DNA of 64,000 nucleotides from an uncultured Chloroflexia bacterium. GTDB taxonomy: Bacteria > Chloroflexota > Limnocylindria > Limnocylindrales > CSP1-4. The stretch spans positions 448,001-512,000 of the forward strand of contig CAWHDR010000001.1 in assembly GCA_963828165.1 (NCBI GenBank), in the 5' to 3' direction. The notes beneath the pieces are model-generated. The model was given only the letters and a program-made list of their open reading frames with translations, was not told the DNA's origin and did no database searches. A program made the translations under genes and the position numbers. This document shows, one piece after another, positions 7,990 through 18,439 of this stretch; positions within the stretch are counted from its first letter, which is position 1, and every line of letters begins with the position of its first letter.

Positions 7990-9486
7990 TCAGGAACCCT
8001 CCAGGACCGCGATCGCTCGGTCGAGCCGAGCGAGCGTCCGCTCCCGACCGAGCGCGACGAGCGTATCGAACAGCGGCGGCGTGGCGGTCCGGCCGGTGAC
8101 TGCGACGCGGATGGCCATGAACAGGTCGCCGGCCTTCCAGCCCCGTGCCTCCGCGAGGGCGCGCAGCAGCGGCTCGAGCTCGTCCGCCTCGAAGACCACG
8201 TCCCGCACGGTCGCGATGGTCTCGCGGGCAGCGCCCAGGCCGTCGATCGTGGTCGGCGCATCCCAGCGCTTGGGGACGAGGACGGCCGGGTCCGGATCGA
8301 CGTCGTCGACCCACAGGAAACCCGCGAGGTCGCCGATGGCACCCAGCGTCGGCAACCGCTCCTGGATGACGGGGAGCAGCGCGTGCAGCTCGTCGTCGGA
8401 CGGCATCTGCTCGATCCGCCCCGCGTCCAACTCCTTCCGGACGAACGGGCGCAGTCGATCGATGAGGTCGGCGGCGCTCAGGCGCCGGATCCATTGGCCG
8501 TTCAGCCACTCGAGCCGCTCGCGATCGAAGACGGCGCCGCCCTTGTGCACCTCTCCGATGTCGAACCGCTCGACGATCTCGTCGAGAGAAAGGACTTCCT
8601 CCTCCGTCCCGGTGGACCAGCCGAGGAGCGCGAGATAGTTGACCAGGGCCTCCGGGATGAAGCCTTCATTGATGTAGGCATCGATCGCGGTCTGGCTCTT
8701 GCGCTTGCTCATCTTCGTGCGGTCCGTGTTGAGGATGAGCGGCAGGTGCGCGAAACGGGGCACGTCGTAGCCCAGGGCTCGGAACAGGAGGATGTGCTTG
8801 GGCGTGTTCGAGAGGTGGTCCTCGCCGCGGATGACGTCGGTCACCTCCATCGCCGCGTCGTCGACGACGACGGTGAAGTGGTAGAGCGGGTTGCCATCCG
8901 CGCGGACGATCACGAAATCGCCGCCGAGGTTGCTCACGTCGAACTCGACGTGGCCGCGCACGATGTCGTCGAAGCCGACCACCCCCTCGCCGACCCGGAA
9001 GCGAAGAGCGCCGCGCCGGCCCTCCGCCTCGCGCGCGAGCCGCTCCTCGGGCGTGAGTTTCGCGCACCGCCCGACGTAGCGCGGCGGCTGCCTCGCCGCC
9101 TCCTGGGCCTTGCGATCGGCGTCGAGCTCCTCGGGCGAGCAGTAACAGGGATAGGCGAGGTCGTCGGCCAGCAGGCGCTGCGCGGCCGCGGCGTAGCTCG
9201 GCAGGCGCTCCATCTGGCGGTACGGCGCATGCGGGCCGCGGGCGGGCTCACCGGCGACCTCCGGACCCTCGTCCCAGTCCAGGCCGAGCCAGTGCAGCCC
9301 GTCGAGGATGTCCTTCTCGAACTCGAGCGTGCTGCGCGTGACGTCGGTGTCCTCAAGGCGGAGGATGAAGGTACCGCCGACATGCCGAGCGTGGAGGTAG
9401 TTGAACAGCGCCGTCCGCGCCGTACCGATGTGGAGCGGGCCCGTCGGGCTGGGGGCGATGCGGACCCTGGAGGGCGTTTCAGGCAT
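7990..9486 (-). CDS. gltX: Glutamate--tRNA ligase
   Basis: RIAPSPTGPLHIGT, RLEDTD, VIRGEDH, KMSKR. Confidence 0.97.
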   Translation of the reverse strand: MPETPSRVRIAPSPTGPLHIGTARTALFNYLHARHVGGTFILRLEDTDVTRSTLEFEKDILDGLHWLGLDWDEGPEVAGEPARGPHAPYRQMERLPSYAAAAQRLLADDLAYPCYCSPEELDADRKAQEAARQPPRYVGRCAKLTPEERLAREAEGRRGALRFRVGEGVVGFDDIVRGHVEFDVSNLGGDFVIVRADGNPLYHFTVVVDDAAMEVTDVIRGEDHLSNTPKHILLFRALGYDVPRFAHLPLILNTDRTKMSKRKSQTAIDAYINEGFIPEALVNYLALLGWSTGTEEEVLSLDEIVERFDIGEVHKGGAVFDRERLEWLNGQWIRRLSAADLIDRLRPFVRKELDAGRIEQMPSDDELHALLPVIQERLPTLGAIGDLAGFLWVDDVDPDPAVLVPKRWDAPTTIDGLGAARETIATVRDVVFEADELEPLLRALAEARGWKAGDLFMAIRVAVTGRTATPPLFDTLVALGRERTLARLDRAIAVLEGS

Positions 9487-9546
9487 CCGCCGATCCTAGC
9501 AGCGGCTCCGTACCGCCTGACAGCATCCTCAAGCCCATCCGGCGGA

Positions 9547-10299
9547 TCAAACAGCCGACCCAGCGCGTATCGCCGTCGTCGGCACCTCGTGGAAGAGCTC
9601 CGGATCGGCGTCGCCTGGGAGGACGCGGACGAGGGCGGCCGGTCGAAGGCCGAGCGTCGCGCGTCCGAGGGGGCCGTCGAGGGTCAGCGAATCGAGCGAT
9701 TCGGAGCGAGCGAGGATCGTGATCGGCGCACCGGGCTTCAGCGCGCGGGCCTCGAGGTACGAAAGCAGGCCTGCATCCTCCTCGGCTTCCTCGGTGATGC
9801 GATAGACGGTCGCGCGCGAGCCGGCCTCGATCTCGGACAGGCGGACGCCCTCGGGTCGCCGTTTCGCGATGGCGGCATCGATGGGATTTCCGTGCGGGCA
9901 GGTCTCGGGATGGCCGAGCAACTCGTCGAGACGCGCCTCGACCCGCGGCGAGATCGCGCCCTGCAGGCGCATCGCCTCTTCGTCCGACTCCGCCCAGCCG
10001 AGCCCGATCACGCTCGTCAGCAGCCACTCCAGGAGCGCGTGGCGGCGAAAGATCGCGTCGGCGGCCGCCCGGCCCGCGGATGTCAGCCGTAGCTCGCGGT
10101 CGTCCGCGTGGTCGACCAGACCGTCGGCGACGAGCCGGCGGAACATCTCGCTGGCCGCCTGCGTGGTCACGCCGAGGTGACGCGCGATCTCCGCCGCGGT
10201 GGCACGGGTCCCGTCGCCCGCACCGGCCGTCACGCGAAGCGCGAGCAGGTACTCCTGGGTCGCCGCAGACAGGTCACGCGGGTCGTGTCGTCGTGGCAT
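9547..10299 (-). CDS. DtxR/IdeR/MntR-family metal-dependent regulator with FeoA domain
   Basis: QEYL, HTH, RRHALLEWLL, LGHPETCPHGNPI, FeoA-like C-terminus. Confidence 0.9.
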   Translation of the reverse strand: MPRRHDPRDLSAATQEYLLALRVTAGAGDGTRATAAEIARHLGVTTQAASEMFRRLVADGLVDHADDRELRLTSAGRAAADAIFRRHALLEWLLTSVIGLGWAESDEEAMRLQGAISPRVEARLDELLGHPETCPHGNPIDAAIAKRRPEGVRLSEIEAGSRATVYRITEEAEEDAGLLSYLEARALKPGAPITILARSESLDSLTLDGPLGRATLGLRPAALVRVLPGDADPELFHEVPTTAIRAGSAV

Positions 10300-10303
10300 G
10301 ACC

Positions 10304-11743
10304 TCAGGATACGGGACGGCCCGGGCCCGCGACCCCCGGTGGCCCGCCTCGGGGCGGGTTGGTCCCACGGAACTCGCGAGCCGTGCCGAAGGCGAGCCCG
10401 ACGACCCATGCGATCACGAGCAGCCCACTCAGGGCGATCCGGCCGGCTGCCGTGTCGTCGGGGCTTCCAGTCGCCGACAGCAGCAGGGCGGCGGGGATCG
10501 CGGCAGCGAGCGTCGCCAGGGTGGCGACCGACGCGATCCGGGCCAGACGGCCAACGAGGATCAGCACAACCAGCGCCGCGATCTGGACCAGCCAGGCGGA
10601 CATGACCACCGCATCGTCGCAGCCCGCGGCGAAGCGCCCGCAGCCGGAGATCTCGCCGCCCACCCACCCGATCCCGAGTGCGATCGGTGCCCAGCCCACG
10701 AGGGCCCGGGCGATCCGGCCGATGGCTCCCGGACGGTCGTCGTCCAGCCACGAACGGATGGCTTCGAGGATGCCTTCCAGCGTGACGCCGGAGCCGAGGT
10801 CGCCGGAGGTCCCGGCATCCGACGAGGTGCCGGCGGCCGCGGCGGCCCCCCGCGTCGCCGCCGGGCGAAAGCCACGGGTCGCTTCGTCTCGGGGATCAGC
10901 CGCATCGCCGGGGGACCACGCGGGGTCCTCGCGGAATGCCCCTGCCGAGCGGCCGTGGCGCGATCGGGCGGTCGAGGCGTCTTCGGCTCGGGGCGGGGGA
11001 CCGGCCGTGGCCTCCCACCACGACGAGGTCGTATGCGTGGCCAGCGGCGGCTCATCGCCGTCCGGTACGTCCGACTCGGGCGGGACGCCGGGCGGCGTGG
11101 ATGCCGGGGGCGCGGGCGGCGGTCCTGGCGGGTCGATGCCCGCGTCATCCCGCCCGTGCAGCTCCCGTCGGGCGCGTGCCTGGTACTCCGGTCCATGCTT
11201 GCGCGGGTCGGCGTACTCCTTGGGGTTGAGCGTCCAGTACGTCCCCGACGTGGTCCCGTACCACGACGCTCCGCCCCAGTCCGGCTCGAACGGCTCGGCC
11301 TCGGCACCGTCGTAGGACGTCGAGCCCAGCGTGGCCTTGTTCGGCGGTCGTTCGGGTCGGGGCGGGCGCGCGCCCGAAGTGCCCGCCGGCGGGCGTTCCC
11401 ATGAGGTTCCGGACGGTCCCCGCGCTCCCGGGCCACCGGTCGGGCGCGACCGGCGCGGCCGTCCGCCGTACGCCCGATACGTTGCGTCAGTTCGGTCGCG
11501 ATCGGGATCCCAGGCGCGCCTCGGGCCTGCTGGTCGCGCCGCGCCCGGCCGACGTCTCCCCGAATCGGGGCCGGCGATCGTGTCGTAGGCCGCCTGGATC
11601 GCCAGGAATCTCGGCAGCGCTGCCTCGCCGGCCGCGTCCGGGTGGTTGGCCTTGGCCAGGCGACGATACGCGCGTCGCACCTCGTCGAGCGTGGCGTCGC
11701 GCGTCAGGCCGAGCGTTCGGTAGGGATCGGTGTCGGGGGCCAT
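10304..11743 (-). CDS. J-domain protein with disordered linker and ~4 C-terminal TM helices
   Basis: DPYRTLGL..RRAYRRLAKANHPD..F..IQAAY. Confidence 0.85.
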   Translation of the reverse strand: MAPDTDPYRTLGLTRDATLDEVRRAYRRLAKANHPDAAGEAALPRFLAIQAAYDTIAGPDSGRRRPGAARPAGPRRAWDPDRDRTDATYRAYGGRPRRSRPTGGPGARGPSGTSWERPPAGTSGARPPRPERPPNKATLGSTSYDGAEAEPFEPDWGGASWYGTTSGTYWTLNPKEYADPRKHGPEYQARARRELHGRDDAGIDPPGPPPAPPASTPPGVPPESDVPDGDEPPLATHTTSSWWEATAGPPPRAEDASTARSRHGRSAGAFREDPAWSPGDAADPRDEATRGFRPAATRGAAAAAGTSSDAGTSGDLGSGVTLEGILEAIRSWLDDDRPGAIGRIARALVGWAPIALGIGWVGGEISGCGRFAAGCDDAVVMSAWLVQIAALVVLILVGRLARIASVATLATLAAAIPAALLLSATGSPDDTAAGRIALSGLLVIAWVVGLAFGTAREFRGTNPPRGGPPGVAGPGRPVS

Positions 11744-11802
11744 CGTCGGATCTCGCTGGCTCGATCAGCTCGGACGGCTCGGACGCACGGCGCCCCGGGC
11801 CT

Positions 11803-12948
11803 TCAGCCGATGAGCTCCCCCACCGGCGCGAGCTGGAAGTCGGCGATCGATTCCGCACCGACTCGCCCATGCGGATCGAGGATCGTCGGCTTGTGATACC
11901 GGGCGAGGACGCGCAGCGCCTGGGTATCCAGTACGCCGGCCTGGCGAAGGGCTTCGACGGACGCAGCCCAGGTTCCGCGGTCATGGCCGTCGCCATCCTC
12001 GATCTTGACGGCCATCCCGGACGCGGCAGTCCCGTTCGAGTCGACACGCTGGCCGGGCAGGATCGCCATCCCGCGCAGGGCTTCCATCCCGGCCTTGCTG
12101 ATGACCCGGCCCGCGGCGGCCTTCATGAGCGACGTATCGAGGCGGTCGTGGCGGCCGCCGATCATCTCGGGGTTCGCCAGCATCGCATCCCGAACCAGCG
12201 TGAGTGCTGACGAGAGCGATCGGCGCGAGTCCTTGGCGGGGACCGCGCCAGGATCCGCCAGCAGGGCGTACGCCTGGGCGACCTGTCGCAGGGGGAAGGC
12301 GTACGTCTCCACGCCACAGCCATCGATGGCGGTCCGGAGCCGTTCCGGGGTCGTGCCGTAGGCGCGGGCCACCGCGCTGCGGTAGGCAGCCTGGGCCGGA
12401 TGCTGGGGCTCCCAGTACGTCTCGAGATCCCAGCCCTTGAGCCTGGACAGGAGCAGCGTGACGGCGTGCTGCCCCGAGCACATGTGGCGGATCGGGCTGG
12501 CCTTCTCGCCGTCCCTCGCCAGGCGGGCGGCGGTCAACGCGTCGAGCGGCATCCCCTCGTTGCCACATGCCAGCAGCGCCTGGCTGACGCCGGCTCGCCG
12601 GAACACGCTCTGGATCGTCCGGACGTGGAAGTCCTCGCCGCTGTGGGAGCTGGCCATGATCGCGAGCTCGGCGGGCTCCAGATCGAACTCCTCGAGGCCG
12701 CCGGCCTCGATCAGGGCCACGACACCGAACGGCTTGACGGTGGAGCGCAGGGTCACGAGCCGCTCCGGGTCGCCGAGCTGGCGGATCAGACGTCCGCTGA
12801 CATCCGCTTCCACGATATCGCCGCGGTGGACGCTCTCCTCGATACCGTTGCGCAGCTGACGGACGAGCACCGGCGTCTCGGCACGGGCGCGAGCCTTCGC
12901 GCGCGGCCGGCCGATCCGGGGCGTCGCGCGCTCGGCGGTGGCGGTCAC
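11803..12948 (-). CDS. L-asparaginase II (Rhizobium AnsA-type)
   Basis: RSTVKP, ASSHSGE, HMCSGQH, DGCG, KAGMEA, KIEDG. Confidence 0.88.
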   Translation of the reverse strand: MTATAERATPRIGRPRAKARARAETPVLVRQLRNGIEESVHRGDIVEADVSGRLIRQLGDPERLVTLRSTVKPFGVVALIEAGGLEEFDLEPAELAIMASSHSGEDFHVRTIQSVFRRAGVSQALLACGNEGMPLDALTAARLARDGEKASPIRHMCSGQHAVTLLLSRLKGWDLETYWEPQHPAQAAYRSAVARAYGTTPERLRTAIDGCGVETYAFPLRQVAQAYALLADPGAVPAKDSRRSLSSALTLVRDAMLANPEMIGGRHDRLDTSLMKAAAGRVISKAGMEALRGMAILPGQRVDSNGTAASGMAVKIEDGDGHDRGTWAASVEALRQAGVLDTQALRVLARYHKPTILDPHGRVGAESIADFQLAPVGELIG

Positions 12949-13102
12949 GCGGCGAGGATACCGCGCAGGGGTCGCGGAGGCGCGTCCGGGTGGTACGGGT
13001 GAGCGATGGCCCCTCCGGGCCAGACCGATATCGAGCGGGAGACTGGTACTGTGCGCCCAGCCGGGAGCACGCGCCCGGGTCGTGCCCCATGGAGGCCGTC
13101 CA

Positions 13103-13948
13103 TTGCATCGAGCATCCCACCGCCCCACCGCCGATCGCGATGACCTCTTCGAGGACCGACGAATCCTCCGGTGGCGTCCTCTCGTCGCGACGCTGGCCGC
13201 CGCCCTGATCCTCGCGTCGTGCGGCCGCGATCTGTCCGGGTTCTCGTCCTCGGCGCGGCCGACGGCGGCGCCGGCCGCGTCCCCCACCGCCGCCGTGATC
13301 GCTCCGACCGCCAAGCCGAGTCGGGCGCCGAAGGTGTACGACCTCGCGATCGCCGCCTTCGTCAAGTCGGTGGCGAGCAAGACGCTGAGCTATCGGATCA
13401 CCTACGACGGCAGGACCGCGCTATCCGCCGACACCCTTCCGATCGCCGGTCGGATGGACGTCTCGGGCGCAGATTTCGCGTCTTCCTGGACGTACGACCT
13501 GACCAGGGACTACGGGATCGGGAAGATCCGCGTCGAGGTCCGGGGCGTGAAGGGCAAGGGCTACATCCGGACCGACGGCGGATCGTGGAAGCCGATCAAG
13601 GGTTACGACGCGTCCGACAGCTACGTACCGTTCAAGGCCGTCACCGCGATCGAGGACGTGAAATACCTCGGTCCGGCGAAGATCGACGGCACCGAGTACC
13701 ACAAGATCTCGATCCCGAATGCCGTCCTGATCCATCCGACCACGCTCATCGGGGCCGTGAAGGAAGAGAAGATCGACGACTCCAAGCTGGAGCTCGTGAT
13801 CGACGACAAGGGCCATCCACGGCGAGGGACCTGGGAGCTCAAGGCTCGTGCCCGGGTCGGGCAGAGCGGGCAGCTCCAGCGGGTGGAGTACGAGCTCGAC
13901 CTGCAGTTCTCGAAGGTCGGCGCGAAGCTCACGATCAAGCGGCCATAG
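13103..13948 (+). CDS. Lipoprotein, LppX/LprAFG-like
   Basis: Lipobox LILASC, Pro/Ala linker, beta-rich domain; GGAGG before TTG. Confidence 0.7.
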   Translation: MHRASHRPTADRDDLFEDRRILRWRPLVATLAAALILASCGRDLSGFSSSARPTAAPAASPTAAVIAPTAKPSRAPKVYDLAIAAFVKSVASKTLSYRITYDGRTALSADTLPIAGRMDVSGADFASSWTYDLTRDYGIGKIRVEVRGVKGKGYIRTDGGSWKPIKGYDASDSYVPFKAVTAIEDVKYLGPAKIDGTEYHKISIPNAVLIHPTTLIGAVKEEKIDDSKLELVIDDKGHPRRGTWELKARARVGQSGQLQRVEYELDLQFSKVGAKLTIKRP

Positions 13949-13988
13949 CCTCGGGTCGCCGGACCGAGGGCGGATGGCCCAGCGCCGA

Positions 13989-14867
13989 TCAGCTTTTGGC
14001 GGACCGGCCGGGGGACCCCTCCGCGTCCCGCCAGCTATGGGCGGGCTCGTACCCCAGGATGCGCCGCGCCTTCTCGATCGAGACCAGTGCCTCGTGCTGC
14101 CCGAGCGTCTTGCGGACCGGGACCCCGGGAAAGACCGCCGCGGCCAGCTCGGCGCTCGGACGAGTCATCACGGTGTCCGCGTTCGCGATCTGGAAGAATT
14201 CCATCCCGGTCGTGTCCAGCTCGAGTGCCTTGCGAACCGCCTGGGCGCCGTCGCGCGCGTCGATGTAGGTCCACAGATTCCATTTGCGCAGCATGGGATC
14301 GGCATCGAAGCTCGGGAAAGCAGCGTAATCGGCTGGCTCCATGACGTTGGAGAAGCGCAGCCCGATCATCTTGAGCTCCGGGTCCCACCGACAGAACTGG
14401 CGGGCCATCTCCTCCTCGAGGTCCTTGCCGAGCGAGTACGCCGTCTCGGGTCTGACGGGATATTCCTCGTCGGCCGGCAGATAGGGCGGCGGAGTATCGA
14501 AGGGGAGGCCCAGGACCGTCTCGCTGGAGGCCCACACGACGTTCCTGATGCCCGCGTCTCGGGCGGCGGAGAAGACGTTGTACGTAGCGATGATGTTATT
14601 GGCGAAGATGCGGTGGTTCGGCACCATGCCGGGACCCGGGATCGCGGCGAGGTGGACGATGGCGTCGACGCCGTCGTGGCGGCCGTCGATGCGCAGCAAC
14701 GCCTCGAGGGTCTGGCCGAAGTCGGTGAACTCGACTTGCGTCAACGGGGCGGGCGGATCGCCGGGTGCCTGGATATCGAGGATCAGGACGTCGTAGTCGT
14801 GCGCGAGCAGGTCGGCGACCACCGCTCGTCCGAGCTTCCCGCTCCCGCCGGTGACTGCGACGCGCAT
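13989..14867 (-). CDS. NAD-dependent epimerase/dehydratase (extended SDR)
   Basis: VTGGSGKLG, HLAA, ASS, YSLGK. Confidence 0.92.
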   Translation of the reverse strand: MRVAVTGGSGKLGRAVVADLLAHDYDVLILDIQAPGDPPAPLTQVEFTDFGQTLEALLRIDGRHDGVDAIVHLAAIPGPGMVPNHRIFANNIIATYNVFSAARDAGIRNVVWASSETVLGLPFDTPPPYLPADEEYPVRPETAYSLGKDLEEEMARQFCRWDPELKMIGLRFSNVMEPADYAAFPSFDADPMLRKWNLWTYIDARDGAQAVRKALELDTTGMEFFQIANADTVMTRPSAELAAAVFPGVPVRKTLGQHEALVSIEKARRILGYEPAHSWRDAEGSPGRSAKS

Positions 14868-14899
14868 GCCCGAAATCATACGGCTGGCGGACACACGAA

Positions 14900-14931
14900 A
14901 GCCGGGCACCCACCGAGGTGGATGCCCGGCT
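14900..14931 (-). terminator. Intrinsic terminator after the SRPBCC gene
   Basis: AGCCGGGCA..TGCCCGGCT stem followed by TTCG on the minus strand. Confidence 0.65.
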
Positions 14932-14947
14932 CGTTTCGGGGTCGGCG

Positions 14948-15448
14948 TCAGCGCCCGGTCAGCAAGGCGTCGAGGCGGTCCCAAGTCTCGATCGCGCCCT
15001 CGGCCATGCCGGTCGAGAGGGCGCCCTCGAGCGCCTCGACCGACCCCATGTGGCCGATGGAGGTGATCTTCGTCTTGCCATCGACCTCCTCGAGGATGTG
15101 GGTCTCCGGTCCGCCCATGGGACCGACACCCTCGACGTCGAACATGAAGGTCCACTTGTAGCCCGCGGGCGGTGTGACCTCGAGGTACTCGCCGTAGAAC
15201 GTCACGTCGTCGCGATCGGGGGCGCTGTTGACGTAGCGCCACTTCCCGCCCGGCCGGACATCCATCTCGACGACCGTCGTCGTCGTGCCGTGCTTGCCCC
15301 ACCAGCGCGGGATGAGCTCCGGATCGGTGAGGGCCTTCCAGACCTGCTCGCGGGGGGCGTCGAAGGTGCGCTCGAATACGAGCTCGGCGTCCTCCGAATA
15401 GATCGTCGTCGTGTCGGTGCTACCGCGGTCGATTCGCGTCGCGTTCAC
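14948..15448 (-). CDS. SRPBCC/AHSA1 domain protein
   Basis: ERTFDAPREQVWKALTDPE..WWG..MDVRPGGKWRY. Confidence 0.92.
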   Translation of the reverse strand: MNATRIDRGSTDTTTIYSEDAELVFERTFDAPREQVWKALTDPELIPRWWGKHGTTTTVVEMDVRPGGKWRYVNSAPDRDDVTFYGEYLEVTPPAGYKWTFMFDVEGVGPMGGPETHILEEVDGKTKITSIGHMGSVEALEGALSTGMAEGAIETWDRLDALLTGR

Positions 15449-15800
15449 TGTCGTCGTCCTTTCCCTGTTCCTGTACGTCCTGGAGATCACGAAGGTAGGT
15501 ATCCAACCGTTCGAAGCTTTCCTCCCAATGGCGCTTGTACTGGTCCACCCAGGCAGCGATGTCTCGCAGCGGTCCCGCCCGCAGCCGGCGCGGTCGCCAC
15601 TGCGCCTGTCGGCTCTGCTCGATGAGTCCGGCCCGTTCCAGCACCCGCAGGTGCTTGGAGATCGCGGGCTGACTCATGTCGAACGGGGCGGCCAGGTCCT
15701 TGACCGACGCCTCGCCCTGGGCGAGACGGGCCAGGATCGCCCGCCGAGTCGGGTCGGCGAGGGCGGCGAACGTGAGGCTGAGGGGGTCGGTCTGTTGCAT
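15420..15800 (-). CDS. ArsR/SmtB family regulator
   Basis: FAALADPTRRAIL..SQPAISKHLRVLERAGLI. Confidence 0.95.
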   Translation of the reverse strand: MQQTDPLSLTFAALADPTRRAILARLAQGEASVKDLAAPFDMSQPAISKHLRVLERAGLIEQSRQAQWRPRRLRAGPLRDIAAWVDQYKRHWEESFERLDTYLRDLQDVQEQGKDDDSERDANRPR

Positions 15801-15815
15801 CGCCTATCACTACTT

Positions 15816-15827
15816 GGTTATATAACC
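15816..15827. promoter_or_regulatory. Probable ArsR operator
   Basis: Perfect palindrome GGTTATATAACC, 15 bp upstream of arsR. Confidence 0.65.
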
Positions 15828-15993
15828 TTTCGGTACTATACACGCGGGATGCCGCCTGTCAAGCCCCTCGATCCTGATCCGGCGTTTCGCGGCCTTTCCT
15901 CGCTCCGATGACGGCGTCGAGGGGGCAGGTCGTCCGGCGGAGCGCACTGCGGCCGCGGCCGACCTGATCATCTGGACCGAGCGCCGCGTTAGG

Positions 15994-16383
15994 CGGGTCA
16001 ATGCCGAACACTTCACGTTCGACGCGTTCCAGATGTCCAACGGCCTCAAGGACTTGCTCGATGAGGTCGCTTCGGGCAAGGTGACCGGCGAGGAGGAGAT
16101 CTGGTCGCATACTGATCTGTGGGACTTCCAGTCGAATGTCGACGGTGCATGGGTTGCCTTCCAGGTCCTGCGGCACGTGGCCGAGTCAGAGGATCCCGAG
16201 CTCGTGACGACGTTGGTGACGCGATTCGACGAGCTCAACGCGCTCCTGGCTGAACATGGGTCGATCGAGGAGGGTTTCCGCTTGTACGACGAACTGAGCA
16301 CGGCCGAGGTCCAGGCACTCGGCGCGACCGTGGATGCCGTCGGTGAACCGCTGTCCCGACTGACCACGACGATCACCGGGTGA
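15994..16383 (+). pseudogene. efeO: 5'-truncated EfeO (imelysin/M75) fragment
   Basis: LLDEVASGKVTGEEEIWSHTDLWDFQSNVDGA is the EfeO C-terminus; no signal peptide or N-terminal domains. Confidence 0.8.
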
Positions 16384-16390
16384 GAAGCTC

Positions 16391-17740
16391 GTGACGGACG
16401 AAGGCCCGAAGGTCGCCGGCACGCCACCGCCCTCCCCCGCCGGACCACGGCTGTCCCGGCGTGCGTTCCTGGGCGCGGCGGGCGGCGGCGCGGCGGCCAT
16501 CGGGCTCGCGGGCGTCGGTGGCTTCGCCCTCGCTGGCGGCATCGCCGAGCCGCGGCCTTCGGCGTCACGAACGTACGCCTTCCATGGTCCGCATCAGGCC
16601 GGCATCGTCACCCCGGCGCAGGACCGCATGTACACGGCGGCGTTCGACCTGACGACCACATCGCGCGACGAGCTTCTCGCGATGCTCCGTCGCTGGACGA
16701 TCATGTCGGCTCGCCTGACGCGCGGCCTCCCGGCCGGGCCGACCGGCGCGACATCCGGGCCGTACGACGCGCCGCCCGAGGACACCGGCGAGGCGATGGA
16801 CCTGCCGGCGGCGGGGCTGACGATCACCCTCGGCTTCGGCCGGTCGCTGTTCGTCGGAATGCCAGACGAACCGGCCGACCGGTTCGGCCTTGCGGATCGT
16901 CTCCCGGCCGCGCTCATCGCGCTCCCGCATTTCCCCCGCGACGACATCGATCCCACGCGTTCGGACGGAGACATCGTCGTCCAGGCCTGTGCGGACGACC
17001 CCCAGGTCGCGATCCACGCCATCCGGAACCTGACCCGCTCGGCGTTCGGCACGGCGCGCGTCCGCTGGTTGCAGCTCGGGTTCGGTCGGACGTCATCGAC
17101 CTCCCAGGCGCAGCTGACACCGCGGAATCTCTTCGGCTTCAAGGATGGGACCGCGAGCATCATGGCCGAGGAGACGGTCGCGCTCGACCGGCACGTGTGG
17201 GTGCAGCCAGCCGACGATGCGGGCGCCCCCTGGATGGCTGGTGGCACGTACATGGTCGCCCGACGCATCCGGATGATCGTGGAGACCTGGGATCGCTCGT
17301 CGTTGCGCGAGCAGGAGGGCATCATCGGCCGCACCAAGGCCGAAGGGGCTCCGTTGTCCGGTGGCGTTGAGGCCACGACTCCCGACTTCAGCGCCCCTGG
17401 GCGTGCGGGCGAGCCGCTGATCGCTGAGACCGCGCATGTCCGCCTCGCGCATCCGACTTCGAACGGCGGCGTGCGCCTGCTCCGCCGTGGCTATACGTTC
17501 ACCGACGGGGACGATGGGTTGGGTCGCCTCGATGCCGGGCTGTTCTTCGTGGCATTCGTGCGCGACGCGCGTACGCAGTTCGTACCGATGCAGACGGCCC
17601 TCGCCCGGTCGGACAGCCTCAGCGAGTACCTCGTCCATCGGGGCTCCGGCCTGTATGCCGTTCCGCCCGGCGTGCCCTCCATCGGCGCCGATGGCAGCCT
17701 GGTCGACGACGCCATCATCGGAGCCGGCCTCTTCGCATAG
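16391..17740 (+). CDS. efeB: Tat-exported Dyp-type peroxidase/deferrochelatase
   Basis: SRRAFLG Tat motif, HQAGI, FGFKDGT, HVRLAHP, LLRRGY. Confidence 0.93.
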   Translation: MTDEGPKVAGTPPPSPAGPRLSRRAFLGAAGGGAAAIGLAGVGGFALAGGIAEPRPSASRTYAFHGPHQAGIVTPAQDRMYTAAFDLTTTSRDELLAMLRRWTIMSARLTRGLPAGPTGATSGPYDAPPEDTGEAMDLPAAGLTITLGFGRSLFVGMPDEPADRFGLADRLPAALIALPHFPRDDIDPTRSDGDIVVQACADDPQVAIHAIRNLTRSAFGTARVRWLQLGFGRTSSTSQAQLTPRNLFGFKDGTASIMAEETVALDRHVWVQPADDAGAPWMAGGTYMVARRIRMIVETWDRSSLREQEGIIGRTKAEGAPLSGGVEATTPDFSAPGRAGEPLIAETAHVRLAHPTSNGGVRLLRRGYTFTDGDDGLGRLDAGLFFVAFVRDARTQFVPMQTALARSDSLSEYLVHRGSGLYAVPPGVPSIGADGSLVDDAIIGAGLFA

Positions 17741-17757
17741 GCGGCAGACGCGATCCG

Positions 17758-18411
17758 TCAGCCCGAGTTGCCCGTCCCGAACTGCCGATCACCGGCGTCA
17801 CCGAGCCCGGGCATGATGTAGCCCTTCTCGTTGAGTCCGCGATCGAGCGCCGCGCAGTGGATCTCGACATCCGGGTGCGCGGCCTGGACCGCGGCGACAC
17901 CTTCCGGCGCGGCGATCAGGTTGATGAGCTTGATGCGGACCGGCTGCACGGCGCCCCAGCGCTTGAGCACGTCGATCGCGGCCGTCGCCGAGCCGCCGGT
18001 CGCGAGCATCGGGTCGAGGATGAGGCACAGGTCCACCGACGCCGAGTCGGGCAGCTTGTTGTAGTACTCGACCGGACGGAGCGTGCGTTCGTCGCGGAAC
18101 AGGCCGAGATGCCAGACCTGGGCCGTGGGCATGAGCTCGAGCATCGCGTCGACCATGCCGAGGCCCGCGCGAAGGATCGGGATCAGCCCGATGCGCTCGC
18201 CGAGCTCGCTGGCTTCCATCTCCTCCATCGGGGTCCGGATCTGGAGCGGACGCGTCTTGGCGTCCTTGAGGGCCTCGTAGCCGAGCAGCCAGCTGAGCTC
18301 GCGGACGACCTCGCGGAACTTCTTTGGCTCCGTGTCCTCGTCGCGCAACACCGCGAGCTTGTGGAGGACGGCCGGGTGCTGCGAGACGTGCAGGGTGGTC
18401 GGATCGGTCAC
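17758..18411 (-). CDS. upp: Uracil phosphoribosyltransferase
   Basis: [31 protein letters not shown]. Confidence 0.97.
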   Translation of the reverse strand: MTDPTTLHVSQHPAVLHKLAVLRDEDTEPKKFREVVRELSWLLGYEALKDAKTRPLQIRTPMEEMEASELGERIGLIPILRAGLGMVDAMLELMPTAQVWHLGLFRDERTLRPVEYYNKLPDSASVDLCLILDPMLATGGSATAAIDVLKRWGAVQPVRIKLINLIAAPEGVAAVQAAHPDVEIHCAALDRGLNEKGYIMPGLGDAGDRQFGTGNSG

Positions 18412-18439
18412 CCGGGCATCGTAGCGCGACGATGCTGGG

